DNA from: Gemmatimonadales bacterium
Lineage (GTDB): Bacteria > Gemmatimonadota > Gemmatimonadetes > Gemmatimonadales > GWC2-71-9
Direction: 5' to 3'
Assembly: GCA_038321865.1 (NCBI GenBank)
Contig: JBBQFH010000003.1
Location: 1-64,000, forward strand
DNA length: 64,000 nt
Part shown: positions 52,337-61,019 of the stretch, piece by piece
Layout of the letters: every line of letters starts with the position of its first letter
How positions within the stretch are numbered: position 1 is the stretch's first letter
The notes under the pieces: model-generated
What the model saw: only the letters and a program-made list of their open reading frames with translations
Databases searched by the model: none
What the model was told of the DNA's origin: nothing
Program-made: the position numbers and the translations under genes

Positions 52337-52432
52337 CGGCGTCTCGGCGCGATCGCGTCGGGTCCGAGGGAGGTGGCGAGGCTCCTGACGCGGGCATCGA
52401 GGGATCTCGGACGGGTGGCGTGCCTGCTCAAT

Positions 52433-52498
52433 CCGGTTGCGGCGTGTCTCTCGCCGGTTGCGACGTGTCGCTCGCCGGTTGCGACGTTCCTCTCGCCG
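52433..52498. repeat. 21-bp tandem repeat, 3 copies
   Basis: CCGGTTGCG(A/G)CGT...TCG units at 52433, 52454, 52475. Confidence 0.8.
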
Positions 52499-52809
52499 CC
52501 GGCGAGGCTTCTGTGTGACGCCGCGTCCGGCCTGCGGGTGGTGAGGCGGGTGCTGGCGTGGGTGGCGGGGTTGCTGGCGGGCCGGGTCCGGTCATTCGCG
52601 GATGCCGCGGGGCTCCTGCTTTTGCCTGCGCGGTGTCTCTGTGTCCGATGGTGCCGCCTGACGCTTCCGGCGGCGACCCTCGCGGGTCCGGGCTGACGCC
52701 TGTCGGCTCGCGCGGCACTCGGGGCGGCTGGTGATCACTCGCGCCGGGCCGAGAAAGATTTTGAGCGGCTGAAGCGGGTCGCGCGCGCCCTCGGGCTGGC
52801 GGCGCTCGC

Positions 52810-52905
52810 CCTGATGCAGGACGCGCTCACCCTGATGCCGGCAGTGGGCGCCCTGATGCCGGCAGTGCGTGCGCTGATACCGGCGGTGCTCGCCCTGAAA
52901 GCGGC
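52810..52905. repeat. Degenerate 21-bp tandem repeat, about 4-5 copies
   Basis: CCTGATGCCGGCAGTG-type units at 52810, 52831, 52852, 52873, 52894. Confidence 0.75.
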
Positions 52906-53230
52906 ATGGGGCGGTCTACGGTGTCCGATATGCCGGCTGAGGGATGGTGAGGCGTCTGGGGGCGAAGTGGGGCGCTCGCTCGCGGCGCCGACAAGCGGCG
53001 CCGACAAGCGGGGGGGGGGCCCGGTGGCGGCCTCCTCCTGCGGGCGGTATGCTGGTATGAGCTGCGCGGTCCCGCGCGCCGAGCAAAGCCGCGGCGGCGG
53101 CAGTCTATTTCCCGCTGCCTATTCCCGCCGGATTGCAACGCAGGGCCCGTGGCGGACTTTCGCCGGCATGTCGGCCCTGGTCCGGGTCTGAACCGGCGTT
53201 GGGGGCGCGGTATTGTCTTTCTAATGGGCT

Positions 53231-53248
53231 GTCTAGTTCGCATTAGGC
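53231..53248 (+). other. attI candidate (ATT core)
   Basis: GTCTAGT-TCGC-ATTAGGC; TTAGGCGGC is the reverse complement of GCCGCCTAA ending cassette 1; AT-rich upstream; no attC left arm. Confidence 0.75.
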
Positions 53249-53267
53249 GGCAACTAGGAGGTCGTGT

Positions 53268-54134
53268 ATGCGGAGTCTTTCGTTCCTGATCGCGTTCACC
53301 CTCGGCCTCGGCGTGCCCGGCACCATCAGTGCGCAGAAGCACTGTGCCGCCCGTGATGCCAATGGTGTGGTCCGCGGTCAGGTGCTCGACGAACTTGCGC
53401 GGCAGCCGGTCGAGAATGCGCTGGTGACCGTTCCGGCGTTGCCTGGATGCGCGGTTGTCACGGACGCGCGCGGTCGATTTGGATTTCCGCGCCTAGCCGT
53501 CGGTCCGACGCGGCTGCACGTGGCCTTCGTCGGCTTGCACACTCCCGACCACACGATCAGCGTTGCCGCCGGCGTGCCAGCAGATGTCACCATCCTGCTT
53601 CAAGGCTTCCGGGAGCCCGACATCGCCACTCTGGACCGCTTACCCCCGGCGGAACAGATGAGCATGCTGCAGGCGGTGATCGCCTACTACCGTCAGCCAG
53701 ACCGCGATGGTGAGGTTGCGGCGGTTCGCGAAACCGAACGTGTGACCGGAAGCAGGCCCACGCCTGCACTGGCTCAGCCGGGGTTGCTGTTGTATGTGGA
53801 TTCCGAGACCGTGACAGCGATCGATTCGGCCGCATTGCGCGCAACCGGCACGCAGGTATGCCGGCCACCACAGCTCGCCGGGTGCCCAGGCAATGGCGCG
53901 GTTACGTTTCTCCGCCTGTGGGGACCGCGCCGGACCACCGTAGACACCGCGTTCTATCGAGTTGATGACTTGGTGGCCGATCCTGCCGCTTGCCGCCGCG
54001 GGAACGGCTTCGTGGGCTCATCGCGCAGCGTCGCTATTGTAGCGCGTGGCAGTGACGGCTGGAAGGTCGTCGAATCCCGTCCGAGCTTGAGTGCATCCGG
54101 TAGCTGCGGCCCGCGCCGGCGCGCGGCGCGCTAG
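53268..54134 (+). CDS. Cassette 1: secreted protein with carboxypeptidase-regulatory-like domain
   Basis: AGGAGG RBS, signal peptide, VRGQVLD...TDARGRF. Confidence 0.8.
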   Translation: MRSLSFLIAFTLGLGVPGTISAQKHCAARDANGVVRGQVLDELARQPVENALVTVPALPGCAVVTDARGRFGFPRLAVGPTRLHVAFVGLHTPDHTISVAAGVPADVTILLQGFREPDIATLDRLPPAEQMSMLQAVIAYYRQPDRDGEVAAVRETERVTGSRPTPALAQPGLLLYVDSETVTAIDSAALRATGTQVCRPPQLAGCPGNGAVTFLRLWGPRRTTVDTAFYRVDDLVADPAACRRGNGFVGSSRSVAIVARGSDGWKVVESRPSLSASGSCGPRRRAAR

Positions 54135-54136
54135 CC

Positions 54137-54235
54137 GCCTAATCACTGCATGCAGCCGACAAAGCGGCCGGGTTTTCTCTCTGCATGCCCGAAGTACCTG
54201 ATGGCCGCTTTGCAGCTGATGCGAAGGCATTAGGC
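54137..54235 (+). repeat. attC site (AAT/ATT core)
   Basis: GCCTAAT...ATTAGGC. Confidence 0.92.
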
Positions 54236-54624
54236 CGCTCCAGCGGTCCAGCAAGAACTGGTCGTGGGTTCCTTGATCGGCGCCGCTCCGATGCCGGAGC
54301 GGCAGCCCGGGTGCCCGCCCCCGCAGGTCGCGACGCTAGTCGCTGCGGAAGCGTTGCATTCGCTCAGCGGGCGCCCGCACCTGGCGCGCTGGCGGCGCGG
54401 GCCCAAAGCCATCGGCGCGTCGAGGCAGAACGATCGTGGCACCGCCAGCACGGCGATCTGGTTGGGCGCGCCGCGTCCCTCGATCCAGTGACATTCCGGT
54501 GCTGCGCCCGGCGGCCCCGGTTGGGAGCGTCGGCGCCCATCGTGTGACAGCGGCGCACGGTGCGCCGCGGAACAGCTGGTCTGCGTCGGGCGGCCGAGTG
54601 TGCCGGGTCCATCGAGGGCTAGCG

Positions 54625-54720
54625 TCCTAATTACTGCATGCAGCAGACAGGGCCACCCGAGTTCATGCCATTAGCATAGAATTGATTAGTGGCCCTGCAG
54701 CTGATGCGAGGGCATTAGAC
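54625..54720 (+). repeat. attC site (AAT/ATT core)
   Basis: TCCTAAT...ATTAGAC. Confidence 0.9.
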
Positions 54721-54805
54721 AGGCACGACTTCGGAGGGTCCAATCGAGGAACTTGTTCAGCGTGAGAACTTCACGGCCCGCGATCCGGCAGTTGAAGCCC
54801 GTGTC

Positions 54806-55429
54806 ATGCGCGCGGTCATCGCGCTAATTGTCGTTCCGACCGCCGCGTTCTGCGTCGCGATCTACATGGACTGGAGCCTGCGCGGTCAGGCGTTCTGGCG
54901 GGGGCTGTTCCTCTCCGTCGGCATGAGCCTCTTCTTCAGCGTCGGCCTAACGGCGCTTGCCTTTTTGGTAACGGCGCCTTCCACGCTACGGCGATTGCGA
55001 CAACGATTGGATATGATCTTCGCGAACGACCCGCGGGTTGTGCCGCTGGCTCCGCGTGACGCCACACACCGGCTGGTTTGCGCATGGGTACTCCCGCGCC
55101 GGCGCTTCTATGGCGGGAGCCTCTATGTCTGCGCGACAAGGCTGCGGTTCCAAGGCCACTATCCCGTTGCCCCTTGGTGGCGCCGCGCCCATGAAGAGAC
55201 CCTGGCCCTCGACCTGGGGCCGCTGCGATCCATTGTCATCGAGTGTGGGACGTTGTCGCGAACTTGGTGGGAGCGTTGGTTGGCGGTACCCGCACTTATG
55301 GCAATGGTTCTCAGGTCAGAGGACATCGAACTGATACTACGCTGCGCAGCTGTCGAGGAGGCGGCTCGCGGCCTCGAGGCCTGCCTTGACCGGCTTCGGC
55401 ACGAGGGCACAATGGCCCCGCCTGTCTAA
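54806..55429 (+). CDS. Cassette 3: membrane protein
   Basis: Two hydrophobic helices; stop inside R''. Confidence 0.7.
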   Translation: MRAVIALIVVPTAAFCVAIYMDWSLRGQAFWRGLFLSVGMSLFFSVGLTALAFLVTAPSTLRRLRQRLDMIFANDPRVVPLAPRDATHRLVCAWVLPRRRFYGGSLYVCATRLRFQGHYPVAPWWRRAHEETLALDLGPLRSIVIECGTLSRTWWERWLAVPALMAMVLRSEDIELILRCAAVEEAARGLEACLDRLRHEGTMAPPV

Positions 55430-55520
55430 TCACTGCATGCAGCAGACAGGGCCACGAGAGTTCAAACCATTCTTAGGCATATGATTAGTGAGCCCTGCAG
55501 CTGATGCGAGGGCATTAGAC
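55424..55520 (+). repeat. attC site (AAT/ATT core)
   Basis: GTCTAAT...ATTAGAC. Confidence 0.92.
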
Positions 55521-55537
55521 CGCCACGGAGATCATGT

Positions 55538-56020
55538 ATGCTTCGCTGGATCGGAGCCCTCGTCCTGCTTCTGGGCACCAGTCGGGCACTGCCCGCGCAG
55601 ACCCCGGCGGCGCCACGTCCGAAGGGCGTTCCGGCGCCCACCGCCATCGCGGGACGTCCGGTATGGGACACCAGCTTCGTGCGCGTGCTCAACGCGCCTG
55701 AGCTGCTCGCGGAAGGCGCGGCCGGGCGCCCCCAGCTCCGGGTCCGCGTCACCGGAGTGCTCGGCGCGTGGGCCGAGCTCGACTGCGACTGCCTCCTGAC
55801 CACGCTCTATATCGCGGTGAGCGATGGCGCCGAAGACGAGGCGACGCTGCGTGCCTTCCGGCTCCCGGGGCTGCTGGATCCCAAGATCGACAGCTTGGTG
55901 ACGGAGGCGGACGTGCCCGTGCTCTACGTCAGCTATGGTCTCGCTTCGCAGCGGCGGATCGCGCGGCTGGCGGTCAGCCTTCAGGGGGTGCGCAGCACCG
56001 GAGCGCGAGCCCGTCAGTGA
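55538..56020 (+). CDS. Cassette 4: secreted hypothetical protein
   Basis: GGAG RBS, signal peptide. Confidence 0.7.
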   Translation: MLRWIGALVLLLGTSRALPAQTPAAPRPKGVPAPTAIAGRPVWDTSFVRVLNAPELLAEGAAGRPQLRVRVTGVLGAWAELDCDCLLTTLYIAVSDGAEDEATLRAFRLPGLLDPKIDSLVTEADVPVLYVSYGLASQRRIARLAVSLQGVRSTGARARQ

Positions 56021-56026
56021 GTCGCG

Positions 56027-56122
56027 GTCTAATCACTGCATGCAGCAGACAGGGCCACCGAGCTACTCCGCATGTGCTGAGATATTGATAGTGGCCCTGC
56101 AGCTGATGCGAATGCATTAGAC
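56027..56122 (+). repeat. attC site (AAT/ATT core)
   Basis: GTCTAAT...ATTAGAC. Confidence 0.92.
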
Positions 56123-56148
56123 CGCAACAACGCTCAGCCGGAGAACCG

Positions 56149-56418
56149 ATGATCTCCCAGTGTTCGCAGTGCAGCGGTGCGCTTGTTCGAGGCGATCTAC
56201 GGTCAGGCGTGCTCAGCTTCGGCGACTTCTTCGTTGAGCACGCAGGCGATGAGCGGACATTCATGGGTGCGCCGAAGCCCCGCCCCGGCGTCCAGCGTGA
56301 CAATCGCGTTATCTCATTTGCGTGCACGCAGTGCGGACTTGTGACGAGCTACTTGGAGCGTGCGCTCGCGCCGGGCTCGGACGGCTCCCAGGGGATTTCC
56401 GGACCGCCTGCGGTCTAA
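56149..56418 (+). CDS. Cassette 5: small zinc-ribbon protein
   Basis: CSQC...CTQCG; stop inside R''. Confidence 0.75.
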   Translation: MISQCSQCSGALVRGDLRSGVLSFGDFFVEHAGDERTFMGAPKPRPGVQRDNRVISFACTQCGLVTSYLERALAPGSDGSQGISGPPAV

Positions 56419-56508
56419 TCACTGCATGCAGCAGACAGCGCCACCGGGCTACTCCGCATGTGTTGAAATATGATAAGTGGCCCTGCAGCTGATGCGAGGG
56501 CATTAGAC
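56413..56508 (+). repeat. attC site (AAT/ATT core)
   Basis: GTCTAAT...ATTAGAC. Confidence 0.92.
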
Positions 56509-56526
56509 AGCCAAGGAGGTTGCGAT

Positions 56527-56961
56527 ATGGCAGATCCATTTGCAGGCGTGAACCTTCCCAGTTTCTCCGTGCCGGAAATCCGCATGCCTAGTTACGGCGC
56601 GGTGTCGGCTGCGCAGATGGAGGAGATCTCGCGCAGCTTGGCCGAGGCCGCGGACGCGAAATCCGCCCGAGGCCTAGTCAAACGCCTCATGGCTGAGGTC
56701 CGCGAGTTTGAGGAGAGACTCGACGAAAGTCACGAGGTTGGCGTGAGGCTCGTCTCGTTCGGTCAGAGTTTGGTATTCCATGTTCACCAGATCGGCTATA
56801 TCCAACCCAACCTGGTCACTTTCGCTGGGACTACTGACGATTCTCAGCCAGTGCGTCTCGTGCAGCATATGAGTCAACTGAGCTTCCTACTCATGCGTGT
56901 TCCGCGGCTCAACCCGGAGCAGCCGCGTCGCCCTATCGGCTTTAGGGAAAGTTCAGAGTAG
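56527..56961 (+). CDS. Cassette 6: DUF6173-like protein
   Basis: AGGAGG RBS; EVGVRLVSFG...QHMSQLSFLL...RRPIGF. Confidence 0.75.
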   Translation: MADPFAGVNLPSFSVPEIRMPSYGAVSAAQMEEISRSLAEAADAKSARGLVKRLMAEVREFEERLDESHEVGVRLVSFGQSLVFHVHQIGYIQPNLVTFAGTTDDSQPVRLVQHMSQLSFLLMRVPRLNPEQPRRPIGFRESSE

Positions 56962-56966
56962 CGGCT

Positions 56967-57063
56967 GTCTAATCACTGCATGCAGCAGACAGGGCCACGA
57001 GAGTTCAAGCCATTCTTAGGCATATGATTAGTGGGCCCTGCAGCTGATGCGAGGGCATTAGGC
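56967..57063 (+). repeat. attC site (AAT/ATT core)
   Basis: GTCTAAT...ATTAGGC. Confidence 0.92.
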
Positions 57064-57085
57064 AGTTACACGAACTTGAGGCTCC

Positions 57086-57478
57086 ATGCGACCAAGGATT
57101 GTTGGCAGCCATGACGGCGAACCAGTCTCGCCTGGGCTCCGCCCGCTGCTCAACGACGCCTACGACGAGATTGTTCGGCAGCCATCGAACCTTGGAGCGC
57201 TCAAAGGTGCACTCGATCGCATGCTAGCCTTCCTCTGCTCGGCTCAAGGCAGGACTGCCGCGAACTGCATAGAGGTCGATCGTTTCTTCTTCGCGCACAT
57301 GCTGGACGGCGTGACCTGGGAGCATTTGCCCGAGTCGTACACGGACGTGATGGGCGACATAGGTGGCCAACTCCATAACACGTTTGCCGCACCAGAAATG
57401 GCGGAGAACTTCGACGGCACACCGGAGCAGCTCCTTGAACAGGTGCGCGCGTTGAAGATCGATCCGGGTACTGCCTAA
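57086..57478 (+). CDS. Cassette 7: hypothetical protein
   Basis: ORF fills cassette; stop inside R''. Confidence 0.75.
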   Translation: MRPRIVGSHDGEPVSPGLRPLLNDAYDEIVRQPSNLGALKGALDRMLAFLCSAQGRTAANCIEVDRFFFAHMLDGVTWEHLPESYTDVMGDIGGQLHNTFAAPEMAENFDGTPEQLLEQVRALKIDPGTA

Positions 57479-57570
57479 TCACTGCATGCAGCAGACGAAG
57501 CGGCCGGGCCTTGATGTGTGTCCCTTGAGAATCATTTGGCCGCTTCGCAGCTGATGCGAATGCATTAGGC
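57473..57570 (+). repeat. attC site (AAT/ATT core)
   Basis: GCCTAAT...ATTAGGC. Confidence 0.92.
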
Positions 57571-57601
57571 GGCTCCGAACACCTGGGCCGCGCGCCGCGG
57601 G

Positions 57602-57949
57602 CTACTCATGGCGATGAATCAGCGCTCCGATCAGCGCACCACTGCCGGTGCCAACGACAACGAGGCCTACAGCGCGGCCCCAGCCAGGGCAGTCGGCGTT
57701 TGCGTCTGAATCGCACTGCGTAAGGCTGACAATTGCGAGTGCGGTTCCTGCGACAGCCCCAATGATGAGGCCGCGCTTCCACTGATTCGGCTGGTATGGC
57801 GCCGGCGCACGAACTGAGGCGGCGGTATGCGCGACGGACCATGAAACGATAACGGGGTTCGTGCGTGGGCCTTGGGCGATGGCGGCGGTCGCGAGACAGA
57901 GGCTAGCCAGAGCGCCCCCGACAGTGGTGAGTGCATGGCGCGCTCGCAT
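57602..57949 (-). CDS. Cassette 8: inverted gene for a small secreted glycine-zipper-like membrane protein
   Basis: Signal peptide; GLIIGAVAG...C..C...GALIGAL. Confidence 0.65.
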   Translation of the reverse strand: MRARHALTTVGGALASLCLATAAIAQGPRTNPVIVSWSVAHTAASVRAPAPYQPNQWKRGLIIGAVAGTALAIVSLTQCDSDANADCPGWGRAVGLVVVGTGSGALIGALIHRHE

Positions 57950-58100
57950 TCGGGAACTCCGTGCGGAGGGATTGTCCAGCCTAACGCGATCAGTGTCAGG
58001 AAATCATGAGGTGCACGTGAGAGGCCCGGACTCTGTTCCGCGCGCTCGCGCACTCACTCAAGAACAGAATGAAGGGGAGCCGGCGGTTGTTGGGACAGCC

Positions 58101-58197
58101 GCCTAATCACTGCATGCAGCAGACAGGGCCACCGGCGCCCTCAGCAGTCTTTCGGCATTTGAATGGAGGCCCTGCAGCTGATGCGAGGGCATTAGGC
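58101..58197 (+). repeat. attC site (AAT/ATT core)
   Basis: GCCTAAT...ATTAGGC. Confidence 0.92.
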
Positions 58198-58232
58198 GGC
58201 TGCACAGCCCGTCGTTAAAACCACGAGGTTCC

Positions 58233-58919
58233 ATGCGCCGAACCGCACTCGTGCTTACGCTAGTCTTCATCGGCACCCGACACGCCCAGTCGCAAACGAT
58301 CGGAGCCGTTTGTACGGCGGTGGATCGGCACGCGCTCGTGCGAACAATGACGGTACCCCACTTCCGGGACTATCAGCCCCAGTTAATCGCAGCGCTGACG
58401 GGGCGCGAAGCGAGCGAGCCGTCGCAAAATCAGGTGACCGCGCTTTGGGCGGCCGACTCGGTGAGCGTGCTTTGGAGTCTGTCGGCGATTGTCGCGCACC
58501 CGGAGCAGGTAGGCTCGGAAACGGCTCGCGCGGCCGCCATGATGTACAAGGCACATCATGGCCCGGCCGCCATCATGCTCGTCGGGCAACTCGAGGGTCA
58601 GGTGGCTAGTGAGGTCGCGGTGCCTGACGCCTTGGAGGCCGTGACGCCGCCGCTGCAGCCTCTGGAGGAGGAAGCGGTGTTTGCGCTGACGTGTGATGCA
58701 GTGTGGTTACTGAACGCGTTGGCGCAGGATACGGCCTACAGGGTGCCAAGGCAGCCGACATCGCGCATCCGTTGGGCCGGCCTTGCGGCGGCCACATTAC
58801 GTGAGGGTGCGCGTCTCATAAGAGGCGGTCGCCGACCGATCTTGCTTGGGTGGATCGCCGACCTCAAGGCGCGTGGTGTGCTAACAGACCAGCATAGCGA
58901 GTTCGACGTCGCCCACTAG
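58233..58919 (+). CDS. Cassette 9: secreted hypothetical protein
   Basis: GAGG RBS, signal peptide. Confidence 0.7.
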   Translation: MRRTALVLTLVFIGTRHAQSQTIGAVCTAVDRHALVRTMTVPHFRDYQPQLIAALTGREASEPSQNQVTALWAADSVSVLWSLSAIVAHPEQVGSETARAAAMMYKAHHGPAAIMLVGQLEGQVASEVAVPDALEAVTPPLQPLEEEAVFALTCDAVWLLNALAQDTAYRVPRQPTSRIRWAGLAAATLREGARLIRGGRRPILLGWIADLKARGVLTDQHSEFDVAH

Positions 58920-58934
58920 AATCACGCGAGCCCC

Positions 58935-59031
58935 GCCTAATCACTGCATGCAGCAGACAGGGCCACCGAGCCACTCCGCATGCCTTGAAATATGATGAGT
59001 GGGCCCTGCAGCTGATGCGAATGCATTAGGC
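58935..59031 (+). repeat. attC site (AAT/ATT core)
   Basis: GCCTAAT...ATTAGGC. Confidence 0.92.
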
Positions 59032-59054
59032 AGCAACCATTCACGGAAGGCTTC

Positions 59055-59504
59055 ATGATGACCGCCGCGATTCACGCGATCGGCTCCCCACCAAAACGGG
59101 ATCGCACGGCTTCCGTCCTGCAAACGGCGCGCGTCGCGTTGGCCGTCGCAGGCGCCGCGGCGCTGTACCGCGTTGCCGTCGCGGTTCTGTCGACTCTCGT
59201 TGATGGACCGTCGAAGGTTCGATTTCTCCTTTTTTATGGCACAATCGCGCTGGTCGCAGTCGCGCTGCGGTGGGGCGTTGATCGGCGCGCGAGCGTTGCT
59301 CGCTGGGCCTGCGTGGTCGCCGGGCTCCCAATGGTGGCCGCCCTCATTCGTGGTCGCGGAGCGTTTGCCACCTTTTGGCACTACTTCCCGGTGCCAGTCG
59401 CCGACGTACTCCTTTTCCTCGTGTGGCCGCTGATGATCATCGGCTTCGTTGTGGCGGGAGCTTGTTGTGCGCTAGCGCAATCGGACTCCGCACGCTGGCG
59501 GTAA
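59055..59504 (+). CDS. Cassette 10: membrane protein
   Basis: About 4 hydrophobic helices. Confidence 0.7.
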   Translation: MMTAAIHAIGSPPKRDRTASVLQTARVALAVAGAAALYRVAVAVLSTLVDGPSKVRFLLFYGTIALVAVALRWGVDRRASVARWACVVAGLPMVAALIRGRGAFATFWHYFPVPVADVLLFLVWPLMIIGFVVAGACCALAQSDSARWR

Positions 59505-59526
59505 CCCCAGCTGTTGTGGCGCGGCC

Positions 59527-59622
59527 GCCTAATCACTGCATGCAGCAGACAGGGCCACCGAAGCCCTCAGCATTAGCGTAGAATTGATTAGTGGCCCTGC
59601 AGCTGATGCGAATGCATTAGGC
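59527..59622 (+). repeat. attC site (AAT/ATT core)
   Basis: GCCTAAT...ATTAGGC. Confidence 0.92.
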
Positions 59623-59639
59623 TGCTTCAAGGACCGCCA

Positions 59640-60122
59640 ATGACTCAAGCTGCACGTCGTGTTCTATCGGATTGCGAAGCAGCGCTCACTGACTTCCGCG
59701 GCTCGACGGGCCTGGAGTGGCGCACACGGTGGGTTTCGGTCATCACCCTGCTACGGGCAGTCGGTCACGTCCTAAAAAAGATTGATAGTCATGCCAGCCC
59801 GGCAGCTGCAGCGGCGATTGACGCAGCTCACGGTCGTCTCTGTGCATCGAGGCCGGAGCCGAAGATCTTCTGGGAATTTATCGAGCAAGAGCGAAACAAT
59901 CTGCTCAAAGAGTATGAGTTTGGCGCCCAGCAGAGTGTGACGGTACGGCCGGGTGGCGTTTGGATCAACATGAAAACAGGCGAGTCTGGCGCAAATCCAG
60001 CAGGGCTGACGAGCTACTCCCAACTTATGCGCGCTGGCCCCTTTGCAGGACAAGACCCATGCGATGTGGCGGCGCAGGCGATCGCATGGTGGAGATCGTA
60101 TTTGGACAGCGTCACATTGTAG
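59640..60122 (+). CDS. Cassette 11: helical hypothetical protein (possibly HEPN-like)
   Basis: AAGGA RBS; LRAVGHVL...ERNNLLKE. Confidence 0.7.
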   Translation: MTQAARRVLSDCEAALTDFRGSTGLEWRTRWVSVITLLRAVGHVLKKIDSHASPAAAAAIDAAHGRLCASRPEPKIFWEFIEQERNNLLKEYEFGAQQSVTVRPGGVWINMKTGESGANPAGLTSYSQLMRAGPFAGQDPCDVAAQAIAWWRSYLDSVTL

Positions 60123-60136
60123 CACCCGTGGCAGCA

Positions 60137-60232
60137 GCCTAATCACTGCATGCAGCAGACAGGGCCACCGGCCTACTCCGCCTGTCTTGGGATATGATTA
60201 GTGGCCCTGCAGCTGATGCGAGGGCATTAGGC
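60137..60232 (+). repeat. attC site (AAT/ATT core)
   Basis: GCCTAAT...ATTAGGC. Confidence 0.92.
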
Positions 60233-60344
60233 CACCACCGGTAAGCCTCACGCGTTTGTTATGATTTGCTCATCTTGCCGTCAGCGGCCGGTCAACCGAC
60301 CAGCGTAATGTTTAAGGGACAGATCCCTCGACTGGAGGTCCCTA

Positions 60345-60851
60345 ATGCGCGCCGCTTCCTCCCTCACTGCCCTGACGCTCCTGTGGTCATTCGGGGTTAT
60401 CTGGCGCTTGACCCCCGATGGCCTGGTGAATCTGAGTTCAGCCACCGCACCTATGTCGGGATTTGTTTGTCCGGAGGGACCGCCGCCACCGCCACCACCT
60501 CCGCCCATTCCAGACCCCGTCCCGCTGGCGGTGGCCGTGCTGCAGCGGGCGAGCGAGGTCATCGTCCCTAACGACGGCGACGCGCCTGAGACGCTGGCCT
60601 GGCAAATGATCGAGGCGGATGCCCGGGCTGACAGCATCTGGATTGAGCTAGGCGGGGCGCAGTCGCCGGCGGCGCGGATCTACGCGTTGCGCGGGCTGGT
60701 CTGGACGGATCCGGTGCGGTCGGCGCGCTTGGCGCAGGAGCTTCGGCAGCAGCCGGACGTTGTCACGATCCGCCGCGGAGATGTCGTGCAAGTCCTGCCG
60801 ATGGCCCGGGCCGTCGAGCGCGCAGGGAATCCCGAGTGGCCGCACCGCTGA
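60345..60851 (+). CDS. Cassette 12: exported protein with poly-Pro linker
   Basis: GGAGG RBS, hydrophobic N-terminus, P8 run. Confidence 0.65.
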   Translation: MRAASSLTALTLLWSFGVIWRLTPDGLVNLSSATAPMSGFVCPEGPPPPPPPPPIPDPVPLAVAVLQRASEVIVPNDGDAPETLAWQMIEADARADSIWIELGGAQSPAARIYALRGLVWTDPVRSARLAQELRQQPDVVTIRRGDVVQVLPMARAVERAGNPEWPHR

Positions 60852-60887
60852 CGAGGTCGCTGTAAACCGCCGCTTCGTGCGCCGGTA

Positions 60888-60984
60888 GCCTAATCACTGC
60901 ATGCAGCAGACAGGGCCACCCGGCTACTCCGCATGTCTTGGGATATGATTAGTGGGCCCTGCAGCTGATGCGAATGCATTAGGC
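60888..60984 (+). repeat. attC site (AAT/ATT core)
   Basis: GCCTAAT...ATTAGGC. Confidence 0.92.
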
Positions 60985-61019
60985 CGCAACTGAGCTCCGT
61001 AGACCGCAACCAACTTCTC

